Assembly (NCBI GenBank): GCA_027622595.1
Contig: JAQBZZ010000001.1
Coordinates: 8,181 to 72,180 of the forward strand
DNA: 64,000 nucleotides
Direction of reading: 5' to 3'
DNA from: Chloroflexota bacterium
Lineage (GTDB): Bacteria > Chloroflexota > Dehalococcoidia > Lucifugimonadales > UBA2985
Position numbers and translations under genes: made by a program. The notes under the pieces were generated by a model. The model did no database searches. It was given only the letters and a program-made list of their open reading frames with translations, and had not been told where the DNA came from. Of this stretch, positions 1-7,783 are shown in pieces; position 1 is the stretch's first letter; each line of letters starts with the position of its first letter.

Positions 1-363
1 CTCCCAGTCCACAGGCAACCCAAGAGCTGCAAGTTTGTCGACCATCTCCCGCGCCCGGCCCACCCTGCCGTCACGGAACTCCCTCAGAGTCCGCTGGAAG
101 TCGGCGTCCGAGTAATCGATGAAGTAGCCAAGGACGTGTATCTCGTTGCCAGGTATATCGGTGCTCAGCTCTATACCTGGGATTATGGAAAGTTGAGGGA
201 ACCTCTTCGCCACCTCAAAGACCACGGCAAGCCCTTCCGTGGAGTCGTGGTCGGTTATGGCCACCACTTGCAGGCCTCTTTCAGCAACCAGTTCAACCAT
301 CTGCGTCGGTGTCAAACGGCCATCCGAACAGGTCGTGTGCAGGTGAAGGTCTACCTTGGTCAT
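1..363 (-). CDS. PHP-domain metal-dependent phosphoesterase (TrpH/YciV-like), N-terminal part only; the gene runs off the window edge
   Basis: My own translation of the minus strand from the ATG at 363-361 gives MTKVDLHLHTTCSDGRLTPTQMVELVAERGLQVVAITDHDS..., a PHP-type HxH and DH start. It is open to position 1. It is absent from the ORF track because no stop lies in the window. Confidence 0.75.
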   Translation of the reverse strand, partial: MTKVDLHLHTTCSDGRLTPTQMVELVAERGLQVVAITDHDSTEGLAVVFEVAKRFPQLSIIPGIELSTDIPGNEIHVLGYFIDYSDADFQRTLREFRDGRVGRAREMVDKLAALGLPVDWE

Positions 364-365
364 GT

Positions 366-1133
366 CTATTCCACCTCTCTATCCACACGAACAATCTGGC
401 TGGCCCTGCCCGTAGCTTCGTCTATGTCCACCATTACGGAGCCGAACGTGACCGCCCCGCTGGCCACCGCGAGTCTCCGTGGGGTCTGGTTGAGGAAACG
501 TTCAAGCACGTCCTCTATGGTACTGCCTATGACGGAGTGCCACGGCCCCACCATTCCAAGGTCGCTCACGTAGCCAGTCCCCTTGAGTAGGAGACTCGTA
601 TCCACAGTCCCAACGTGAGTGTGAGTCCCGACAAGTGCGCTGACCCGGCCGTCCAGGTACCAGCCCATCGCCACCTTCTCCGACGTGGCCTCGGCATGAA
701 AGTCCACCAGGATCATTCGGTGGCTATCACCCAACTCCGCTAGCAGTGCGTCCATAGCGCGGAAGGGATCATCGTAGTTGCCCACAAACACCCGGCCTAT
801 CAGACTGACCACCACGACTCCCTTCACCTCGACATACCCCTTTCCGGGCGTCGTCGAAGGATAGTTCAGGGGTCTAAGTATGGGCAGTCCCGTGTCCAGG
901 TGAGGAATTATCTCCTTCTGGTCCCAGATATGGTTCCCGGAGGTGATGACGTCCACGCCGGAGTCAAACAACTCCTGCGCAGTATCCAGCGTAAGACCAA
1001 AGCCAGCGGCCGCGTTCTCACCGTTGGCCACCACAAGGTCTATACCGTACTCATCGCGTAGGCCAGGAAGCAAGGACTCTACAGCCCTCCTTCCAGGCCT
1101 ACCGATTACATCACCAATCATCAAGACCCGCAA
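366..1133 (-). CDS. ymdB: YmdB-family metallophosphoesterase (2',3'-cyclic-nucleotide 2'-phosphodiesterase-like)
   Basis: Track ORF 366..1148. Motifs GDVIGRPGR, NGENAAAGFG, GNHIWD and HAEATSEK are present. It lies directly downstream of rny, as in the Bacillus rny-ymdB pair. I set the start to TTG 1133 (GGGAGA about 8 nt upstream, giving MRVLMIGD); 1148 is the longest alternative. Confidence 0.85.
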   Translation of the reverse strand: MRVLMIGDVIGRPGRRAVESLLPGLRDEYGIDLVVANGENAAAGFGLTLDTAQELFDSGVDVITSGNHIWDQKEIIPHLDTGLPILRPLNYPSTTPGKGYVEVKGVVVVSLIGRVFVGNYDDPFRAMDALLAELGDSHRMILVDFHAEATSEKVAMGWYLDGRVSALVGTHTHVGTVDTSLLLKGTGYVSDLGMVGPWHSVIGSTIEDVLERFLNQTPRRLAVASGAVTFGSVMVDIDEATGRASQIVRVDREVE

Positions 1134-1237
1134 ATCACCGTCTCCCAACGTGTGGCCTATGCAGTCAGGCCACTACAACGCGTTCCAGCGCCTGTATGTT
1201 TCCGCAAACTCTGAAAAACGTTGTTTCCAGTGATCTC

Positions 1238-2764
1238 CTAGCGGGCGAACTCCACCGACCGGGTCTCACGGATTACCGTGACCTTGATCAGGCCAGGGTA
1301 TACCAGAGTCTCCTCAATCTTCTTTACCACGTCCCTTGCCAGCTTGGAGGACGTCACATCGTCAACCTGATCGGACTTGACCAGAATACGCACCTCCCGG
1401 CCGGCCTGAATGGCGTAGCACTTGTCCACACCGGGGAAGCTCAGCGCCACCTCTTCCAGTGCCTCCAGTCGCTTGGCGTAGTGCTCCAAGCTGTCTCTGC
1501 GAGACCCTGGGCGGGCAGCACTGATGGCGTCCGCGGCAGCCACTATGAAAGCCTCCACCGACCCGCGTTCCTCGTCGTGGTGCTCCATGATGGCCCGCTC
1601 TATCTCAGGCGCTATTCCATACCTGCGGGCCACCTCAGCGCCGATCTCTGCATGGGTCCCCTCCACCTCATGGGTCAGGGCTTTGCCGATGTCGTGCAGC
1701 AACCCTCCGACCTTGGCCACCTCTACGTTTGCGCCTATCTCCGCGGCAATCATGCCAGACAGGATGGATACCTGCACGCTGTGCTGAAGGATATTCTCCC
1801 CGTAGCTGTAGCGGTACTTCAGCCGGCCAAACAGCCGGACCAGCTCCGGGTTCAGGCCTCGCACCTTTGCATCGAAAACGGCCTTCTCGCCCTCCTCCCG
1901 GATGTTCTCCTCGACCTCCAGGCGGGTCTTCTCCACCACCTCTTCTATCCGGGCCGGGTGCACCCTGCCGTCTGAAATGAGCTTGGTGATAGCCAGTCGT
2001 GCCACCTCCCGCCGCACAGGGTCAAAGCAGGAAATGGTAACGGCCTCAGGGGTATCATCTATGATGAGGTCGACCCCCGTCGCGGCCTCGATCGCGCGAA
2101 TGTTCCGTCCCTCGCGCCCTATGAGACGACCCTTCATCTCATCGTTGGGAAGTGGGATTACCTTAACCGTGTGCTCAGAGACTACGTCGGAAGCTAAACG
2201 ATGGATGGACAGAGTCAGCACCTTGCGGGCATTCTGGTCCGCGTCTTCCCTGGCAAGCTGCTCAACATCCCTATAGCGGCGGGCCACCTCGTACTGAATC
2301 TCGTCTTCGGCCTTCTTCATGAGAATGTCCTTGGCGTCGTTGACAGAGAGGGCCGAGAGGTCCTCAAGGACCGCCAACTCCTGGCTTTTCATCGCCTCAA
2401 GCTGAGCGTGCCCTTCCTCCAACGCCTTCTCCCTGATTGCCTGGCTCTTTTCCCTTGTGTCCAGGTTATCCGAGCGCCGTTCTATGTTCTCCTCACGATT
2501 GGCCAACCTCCGCTCCTGGCTCTGCAACTCCGAGCGCCGTTCCCTCAGGTCCGCCTCCGCCGAGGTGCGCATACTCAACGCCTCTTCCTTGGCCTCCAAG
2601 AGAGCCCTCTTCCGCTGTTCCTCAGCCTCCGCCACTATGCGAGAGGCTTCCTCTCCCGCATTCTTCACCCGTTTACCAAATATGCTAGCTCTGAAAAAGA
2701 ACCCGGTTGCTCCCCCTATTCCTAGGGCGACCAGGACGGCGAGGACAATTATCAATGCATCCAC
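1238..2764 (-). CDS. rny: Ribonuclease Y
   Basis: 508 aa with an N-terminal TM helix, a coiled-coil, a KH domain ([12 protein letters not shown]) and an HD domain (LLHDIGKA). GTG start with AAGGAGGG upstream. Confidence 0.95.
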   Translation of the reverse strand: MDALIIVLAVLVALGIGGATGFFFRASIFGKRVKNAGEEASRIVAEAEEQRKRALLEAKEEALSMRTSAEADLRERRSELQSQERRLANREENIERRSDNLDTREKSQAIREKALEEGHAQLEAMKSQELAVLEDLSALSVNDAKDILMKKAEDEIQYEVARRYRDVEQLAREDADQNARKVLTLSIHRLASDVVSEHTVKVIPLPNDEMKGRLIGREGRNIRAIEAATGVDLIIDDTPEAVTISCFDPVRREVARLAITKLISDGRVHPARIEEVVEKTRLEVEENIREEGEKAVFDAKVRGLNPELVRLFGRLKYRYSYGENILQHSVQVSILSGMIAAEIGANVEVAKVGGLLHDIGKALTHEVEGTHAEIGAEVARRYGIAPEIERAIMEHHDEERGSVEAFIVAAADAISAARPGSRRDSLEHYAKRLEALEEVALSFPGVDKCYAIQAGREVRILVKSDQVDDVTSSKLARDVVKKIEETLVYPGLIKVTVIRETRSVEFAR

Positions 2765-2926
2765 TGTCCTTCACCCTCCTTTCTATCCAGGCTAATCAGC
2801 CCGGAAAATCCGTGCCCTCTCTTGCATCAAGGGCATCGTTTGATGTTAATGCCAGACACGAGGAGTGTCAAGGACGACCAGGCCTTTACGCGGCCCTTCC
2901 AGCACCCGCTTTCAGCATCCACACCA

Positions 2927-3117
2927 CTCATGGTGAGCTTATCGAAGGGCGTGAGCAGAAAATAAACTTGTCATTCTGAACGCAGTGAAGAATCTAAGAC
3001 ATTTGCCGCATACAACATACGCTTCAGATGCTTCGCCGAGTTTATCATGAGCGGAGCCGAAGGTCTCAGCATGACATCCCACTCTCCGCTCATGGTGAGC
3101 CTGCCGAAGCGCGTGAG
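2927..3117. repeat. Copy (a) of the dispersed modular intergenic repeat family
   Basis: Contains GTCATTCTGAACGCAGTGAAGAATCTAAGAC...GCCGCATACAACATAC...CTCATGGTGAGCCTGCCGAA. The first 51 nt from 2970 match the copy at 5610 in 48 of 51 positions (hand count). Confidence 0.8.
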
Positions 3118-3124
3118 ATGGCCC

Positions 3125-3484
3125 TTAAGTCTCGTTCTCCCCCACAAAACATTCGGAGCAGCGGCACAGCTTTCTCAGCAGGTCAAATGGGTAGATACCG
3201 GAATCGTGGGTATCGCTCCACAGAAACTGCACGGCGTACCGCCCTATCTGCATCCAGTCTATTGCCTGAACATCCTCCCTCACATCCTCCTCCGCCACCC
3301 TACGCCGACCCGTCATCTCCTCAACGCACCCGGCGCAGCAGCAATGGCCTCTCAGATACCTGTGGGGATAATAGCCGGAATGTCCATCGTCCCACAGAAT
3401 GTGGACTCCATCATCCTCTAGATTCACCTCATTAACTGCCAATACTTTTCCCCCTTTTTGTAATCCCCCCACCCCACTCAACAC
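3125..3484 (-). CDS. DUF971 family protein (gamma-butyrobetaine hydroxylase-like N-terminal domain)
   Basis: 119 aa. The pattern HILWDDGHSGYYPHRYLRGHCCCAGC...YAVQFLWSDTHDSGIYPFDLLR is typical of DUF971. GTG start. Confidence 0.7.
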   Translation of the reverse strand: MLSGVGGLQKGGKVLAVNEVNLEDDGVHILWDDGHSGYYPHRYLRGHCCCAGCVEEMTGRRRVAEEDVREDVQAIDWMQIGRYAVQFLWSDTHDSGIYPFDLLRKLCRCSECFVGENET

Positions 3485-3608
3485 TAATCGCCAGCTGATG
3501 ATGAGACCCTCGGCTCCGCTCAGGACATGCTTGTCAAATGACTAGCGGGGAAAATCCCACTTGCCAGACCAGAATAGCAGCTTATTATGGGTGCAGGGCG
3601 TGCCCTGG

Positions 3609-3953
3609 CTACCCCATGACACTCAGGCGACCGCCCCCCAACACATGCAGGTGTAAATGAGGGACCTCCTGCCCTGAGTCCGACCCCTGGTTGATCACCA
3701 GCCGGTATCCCGATTCCGCCAGACCCTCGCGCTGGGCCATCTCCCTTGCCACAAGAACCATATGCCCCAGCAAAGCCTCCCTGTCTTGGTTAAAAGACGT
3801 GAGGTACGTCACATGCTCAGAGGGAATCACCAGGAGATGGGTGGGTGCCTTGGGGTTGATGTCCCGTATCACAAAGGCCAGGTCGTCGCTGTACAGAAGC
3901 TCGCCGGGTATCTCCCCCAGTCCGATTTTGCAAAAGACGCAGTCCTCAGCCAT
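3609..3953 (-). CDS. HIT family (histidine triad) nucleotide hydrolase
   Basis: CVFCKI start and the HLHLHVLGG histidine triad. I set the start to ATG 3953 (MAEDCVFCKI). The longer track start at 3986 lies inside a repeat element. Confidence 0.85.
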   Translation of the reverse strand: MAEDCVFCKIGLGEIPGELLYSDDLAFVIRDINPKAPTHLLVIPSEHVTYLTSFNQDREALLGHMVLVAREMAQREGLAESGYRLVINQGSDSGQEVPHLHLHVLGGGRLSVMG

Positions 3954-3980
3954 ATCTTGTGTGTGCCCTTCCTGCCCACC

Positions 3981-4036
3981 GCGCATGGTGAACCCGTCAA
4001 AGCATCGTCGTTACGAGCGAGTCCCCGAGCGCAGCA
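3981..4036. repeat. Copy (b) of the modular repeat family (short)
   Basis: GCATCGTCGTTACGAGCGAGTCCCCGAGCGCAGC closely matches the spacer GCATCGTCGTTGCGAGCGAGTTCCCGAGCAGC at 5766-5797. Confidence 0.6.
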
Positions 4037-4061
4037 ACCTAGTGGGGTGGCTGAGCCTCTA

Positions 4062-4298
4062 CTACACGCTCATCGACAGATAGGTCGTCGTCCGCTGTAT
4101 CCCGCTGATGGTGTGGATGCCCCCCGTCACCAACTCCCCGATGCTGTTCAGGTTTTCCGCCTCAATCACAGCCACAATGTCGTACTCCCCAGTCACAGCG
4201 TCGGCTTCCTTGACCCCTTCCATCTGTTGAAGGACCCTGAGCACATCCTTGGTCTTACCAACCGCCGTCTCGATTAACACATAAGCCTTTGTCGCCAC
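4062..4298 (-). CDS. Stand-alone Lrp/AsnC-type ligand-binding (RAM) domain protein
   Basis: 78 aa. AYVLIETAVGKTKDVLRVLQQMEGVKEADAVTGEYDIVAVIEAENLNSIGELV matches the AsnC_trans_reg domain pattern. No HTH domain is present. Confidence 0.7.
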   Translation of the reverse strand: MATKAYVLIETAVGKTKDVLRVLQQMEGVKEADAVTGEYDIVAVIEAENLNSIGELVTGGIHTISGIQRTTTYLSMSV

Positions 4299-4500
4299 GA
4301 TGCTGCCTCCTTACCGTTCCAGGTGCTGCTTCATTCAAAGCCAGCCCCCACCAGAAGAGAGACTCCTCCACCGACTACGACCATTCTAGAGTTAGCCCAT
4401 ACCAGTGTCAATTGCGGCGAAACTTTGTGTAAGTGCGACTTGCAGTCGCGGCACACACATGCCGGTACAATCTTCCGGTTGAAATAAAAGGAGGCGATGA

Positions 4501-4731
4501 ATGCTCGACAGACAGGTTGTTCAAGAGTTCTTGGAGTCCCAGATGGAGGATATTGGTCTGACAGTCCCAGCGGACATTGACCAGGCGGCATTTGTCGAAG
4601 TCTTTTGCCAGTATACGGAGGACGATTACTACGAATGGCTAAAGGACAACTTCAAGTCCTTCTTCGATGAGGTGGATTGGGAGTGGGTCAGGGAAAAGGT
4701 TCGTTCAGTTGGAAATCAGGAAACCACGTAG
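4501..4731 (+). CDS. Hypothetical small acidic protein
   Basis: 76-aa ORF with a strong SD (AAAGGAGG) 7 nt upstream of the ATG. I recognised no domain. Confidence 0.5.
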   Translation: MLDRQVVQEFLESQMEDIGLTVPADIDQAAFVEVFCQYTEDDYYEWLKDNFKSFFDEVDWEWVREKVRSVGNQETT

Positions 4732-4795
4732 CCTGATGGTACATTAGCTCGAAGTAATTTAGACAAATTATAAAGCGGGTGCTTTTCCTCAAGAT

Positions 4796-5161
4796 TTAGC
4801 GTGAAAGCCGATATGAAACATCTACGAGTAAATTGACTACCTCATTTACTTGCTGTGTGTTATCGAGAAACATTCGTGCCTGGAATTGGCGGCCAAATCC
4901 ACCAGTCGTCGGACTTCTTAGCTCAATACCTGAAGCAGAGTAATCACTAAGTTCCTCTGGCTCCCCCAGAAACCAAACTTCTATACGATTCATTCGTTTC
5001 CTATGATTTACGTATGCAAATCGCCTTTTGCCTTCCTCGAAAAAACCGCACCATCTTTCTGATTGGGATGTTCTTAAACTCGGAATCCTCCTTGCCAATA
5101 CAGAGAGGAGGGCGTCGCAAAGTTCCTGGCTTTCGGAACAGCTTTGATCGTGGTCTGACAT
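4796..5161 (-). CDS. Hypothetical protein, possibly DUF5655-like
   Basis: 121-aa ORF in a lower-GC stretch. The tail RFAYVNHRKRMNRIEVWF...GGFGRQFQARMFLDNTQQVNEVVNLLVDVSYRL resembles DUF5655-type domains. The assignment is weak. Confidence 0.45.
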   Translation of the reverse strand: MSDHDQSCSESQELCDALLSVLARRIPSLRTSQSERWCGFFEEGKRRFAYVNHRKRMNRIEVWFLGEPEELSDYSASGIELRSPTTGGFGRQFQARMFLDNTQQVNEVVNLLVDVSYRLSR

Positions 5162-5245
5162 ACAACCTTCTAAGTCGAGAACTTCACCATAGCCTACTGC
5201 GCGCCCATTACCGCGTCAACAGGGTATCTCCCACTTACAAAAAAC

Positions 5246-5614
5246 TCACAAGAAAACCGGCCTCGGCGGCGGCCATATACCCTCAAAGCTGCATTTGAAC
5301 CCTGAACTGTGGGCATCGAAAACCACGGGCGTGAGTATCTTTGCAGTAGCGCCGTCTTCACACTCGACCCGCAGACCGCTCTTCTCAATCGATGGGAAAT
5401 CAAAATCAAAGGGAGTACCTGCAATGGGTATAAACTCCCCCTTCCAACTCTTCATACCGCTATCGGTGACAGTCACCCACCCGAGCATACGGCATCTCCC
5501 GACCGCATTGCCGTCCCTGTCCTTTATGGTGATGTTTTCGTCGTATGCGAGCATGGTGGCACCTATTGTATCATCCGACTCCATCCAGTCGAATGAAACG
5601 GGGTACATTGTCAT
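5246..5614 (-). CDS. Hypothetical protein
   Basis: 122-aa ORF with no recognisable domain. Its ATG (5614-5612) lies inside the terminal GTCATTCTGA of the repeat element at 5610. Confidence 0.4.
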   Translation of the reverse strand: MTMYPVSFDWMESDDTIGATMLAYDENITIKDRDGNAVGRCRMLGWVTVTDSGMKSWKGEFIPIAGTPFDFDFPSIEKSGLRVECEDGATAKILTPVVFDAHSSGFKCSFEGIWPPPRPVFL

Positions 5615-5895
5615 TCTGAACGCAATGAAGAATCTAAGACCTGTGCCGCATACAACATACCTCCCGGTGCTTCGCGGAGTTTATCCTGAGCGTAGTCGAA
5701 GGGCGCAGCATGACAACCTTCCGCTCATGGTGAGCCTGTCGAACCATCATCCTGAGCCTGTCGGAGCATCGTCGTTGCGAGCGAGTTCCCGAGCAGCCTG
5801 TCCTGAGCGTAGTCGAAGGGCTCAGCATGCCAACCTTCCGCTCATGGTGAGCCTGTCGAACCATCATCCTGAGCTTGTCGAAGGACAGGAGCGGA
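5610..5895. repeat. Copy (c) of the modular repeat family, a composite with an internal 74-bp direct repeat
   Basis: It starts like the copy at 2970. It then carries two 74-bp units (5684-5757 and 5801-5874) identical in 72 of 74 positions, with a period of 117 bp. Confidence 0.85.
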
Positions 5896-5921
5896 GTGGT
5901 ATTGTGAGTATCCTCTAATAC

Positions 5922-6590
5922 CTACACCGACGCCAGCCGTTCCTTCAATAAACGAATCGCGGCCTCTATCCCATCGGGGTGATCGAAGACCGCTGAGCCT
6001 GCCACCACCACCTGTGCGCCTGCCCTGGCGACCATCGGCGCGGTCTCGGCGTTTATGCCTCCGTCCACCTCAAGCTCCGCCTGGATTCCTATTTCGTCCA
6101 TGAATCGACGCACACGGGCGATCTTCTGCGGGCTTTCCGGGATGAATTTCTGCCCGGGAAGTCCCGGGTTCACCGTCATCACAAGCACCTGGTCCAGCCA
6201 TTGGAGAGTCTCTTCTATGGCCATCAACGACGTGCCGGGGTTTATGGCCACACTGGCCTTGGCCCCGTGCTCCTTTATCTGGGCGATGGTCCAGTGAAGC
6301 TGGGTGCACGCCTCTGCATGGACTGTGATGATGTCCGCGCCCGCGTCCAGGAAGGAGGCGATATGACGCTCTGGCTGCTCAACCATCATGTGCACGTCCA
6401 AAGGCAGATGAGTCCACTTCTTGATGGCTTCCACGGTACGGGGCCCCCATGTGAGGGCGGGCACAAAGTGGCCGTCCATGATGTCAACGTGGATGAGGTC
6501 GGCGCCGGCCCTGGTTATCTCCGCAACATGTTCCCCAAGGCGCGCGAAGTCCGCCGACAGTATCGATGGTGCCAGCTTGATGGTGCTCAT
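5922..6590 (-). CDS. rpe: Ribulose-phosphate 3-epimerase
   Basis: MSTIKLAPSILSADFARLGEH...DIMDGHFVP...HMMV...VNPGLPGQKF...VDGGIN. I set the start to ATG 6590, which forms an ATGA overlap with the upstream gene's stop. The track's 267-aa version adds a non-homologous Arg/Pro-rich N-terminus. Confidence 0.92.
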   Translation of the reverse strand: MSTIKLAPSILSADFARLGEHVAEITRAGADLIHVDIMDGHFVPALTWGPRTVEAIKKWTHLPLDVHMMVEQPERHIASFLDAGADIITVHAEACTQLHWTIAQIKEHGAKASVAINPGTSLMAIEETLQWLDQVLVMTVNPGLPGQKFIPESPQKIARVRRFMDEIGIQAELEVDGGINAETAPMVARAGAQVVVAGSAVFDHPDGIEAAIRLLKERLASV

Positions 6591-7594
6591 TCCTGCCCCC
6601 ATGCCTTGGGGTCGAGGGCATGAAGTAGGCGTTCGAAAGCGGCCTTGTATTTTGCCTCGTCCTGCCAGTCTGAGAAGTCGAGGACGTGGGTCGCCAGCAC
6701 ATCTGCTTTCTGCTCGTGCTGCCACTCATTCAGGACGTAGTCATCCAAGCGAATGGGGACAAGCACGTTTTCATTCAGCAAATCTGGCGTCTGTCCGCGC
6801 GTCTCAGCCTGCTTCTTACGCCGTACGTTTGTGGCTTTCAGGAATGCTTCCTTCTGGAGCGCCCGCTCAATCTCTCTCGGCACACCGTCTCTTTCCAGAG
6901 AGTTTTGTGAACATATAGTCAACATCTTGTCGTCGTCCTTAATAGGGCGGCCAATCTTAGCCCACACCTTTCTGCCTGTCACCATGTCCTGATCGTATAT
7001 CCAGCAGGGCATGCCGGTGGCCTCCAAGTCCTTGTGCAGGCGTGCGGCGAACTCTTCATCTATGGAGGAATAGCTCATGAAGCAGCGGTAGTATTTGTTC
7101 TCACCATTTGGCCTTGGCACCAGTGAGTCCAGAATACTCTTGGGGACTGCGGCGGCGATCAGGAAGACCTTTGGGATATCTCCCTTCGAGTTGATTATGG
7201 TATCGATATCGATGTTGCTCGGGCTTTTATGCACCACCGACGTCTGGCCCTGGCACTGGTCGAGGTTGCAGTTGATGAGGGTTGTTGACCCGCATACTGC
7301 TCCGGTGAAGTTGGCGCCATAGAGGTTGGCACCGGACAGATCAGCCTTGGACAGGTTGGCCTCGGCGAGGTTGGTTGCCAGGAGGTTGGCGCCGGATAGG
7401 TCTGCCTCGTAGAGGTTGGCACCGGACAGATCGGCGTTGGAGAGGTCTGCCCCTGCAAGGTTGGTTGCCAGGAGGTTGGTGTTGAGCAGGTTGGCTCCAG
7501 AGAGGTCGAGGCGTTCGCCTGGGGGCAGGCCACGCCACTGGGCTATGGCTTTCCTGCCCTCTCTTAACAGTCGGACATGTTCTGGATTTGCCAT
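6587..7594 (-). CDS. Pentapeptide-repeat protein fused to a C-terminal TIR domain
   Basis: 335 aa. The N-terminal third is a run of A(D/N)LxX units (ANLLNTNLLATNLAGADLSNADLSGANLYEADLSGANL...). The C-terminal part, YRCFMSYSSIDEEFAARLHKDLEATGMPCWIYDQDMVTGRKVW...MLTICSQNSLERDGVPREIERAL, follows the TIR_2 pattern. Confidence 0.75.
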   Translation of the reverse strand: MANPEHVRLLREGRKAIAQWRGLPPGERLDLSGANLLNTNLLATNLAGADLSNADLSGANLYEADLSGANLLATNLAEANLSKADLSGANLYGANFTGAVCGSTTLINCNLDQCQGQTSVVHKSPSNIDIDTIINSKGDIPKVFLIAAAVPKSILDSLVPRPNGENKYYRCFMSYSSIDEEFAARLHKDLEATGMPCWIYDQDMVTGRKVWAKIGRPIKDDDKMLTICSQNSLERDGVPREIERALQKEAFLKATNVRRKKQAETRGQTPDLLNENVLVPIRLDDYVLNEWQHEQKADVLATHVLDFSDWQDEAKYKAAFERLLHALDPKAWGQE

Positions 7595-7649
7595 TGCTCT
7601 CTTCCTACGCCACTCGTCTAGTGTCCTGAGTCACAAAAAGGGCGCAAAT

Positions 7650-7745
7650 GTCATTGCAAGGAGGCGACAGCCGACGAAGCAATCTGGAGGTGGGCACCCC
7701 GCAGCCAGATTGCCACGGCCCTCCTTCGTCGGGCCTCGCAATGAC
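7650..7745. repeat. Palindromic repeat element (d), a GTCATTGC...GCAATGAC variant
   Basis: GTCATTGCAAGGAGGCGACAGCCGACGAAGCAATCTGG...CCAGATTGCC...CCTCGCAATGAC. The termini are inverted repeats and the arms are partly complementary. It lies between the argH stop and the TIR gene start. Confidence 0.75.
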
Positions 7746-7783
7746 AGAGGCACCCCCTTTTCAACAAATCTCTGTTCACCACA

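Noticed and set aside
5684-5874. The 74-bp direct repeats as a possible CRISPR array.
   Set aside because: There are only two units. The units are far longer than CRISPR repeats. Both the units and the spacer recur elsewhere as parts of the dispersed repeat family. No cas genes are present.
5295-5918. Track ORFs running through the repeat elements (5295..5918, 5634..5867, 3028..3435, 3047..3421), with peptides such as PERSRRAQHDNLPLMVSLSNHH.
   Set aside because: They are translations of the dispersed repeat modules, which occur in both orientations and several frames. They partly overlap real genes on the other strand.
5922-6725. A long 267-aa version of rpe with an Arg/Pro-rich N-terminal extension.
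   Set aside because: The extension overlaps the 3' end of the TIR gene and has no Rpe homology. ATG 6590 gives the canonical MSTIKLAPSILSAD start with an ATGA coupling overlap.
7195-7533. Pro/Thr/Ser-rich ORFs (7195..7533 and 7341..7538) on the minus strand, and 7416..7787 on the plus strand.
   Set aside because: They are alternative frames of the pentapeptide-repeat DNA. Their periodicity is a by-product of the 15-nt repeat, and the A(D/N)LxX frame is the one continuous with the TIR domain.
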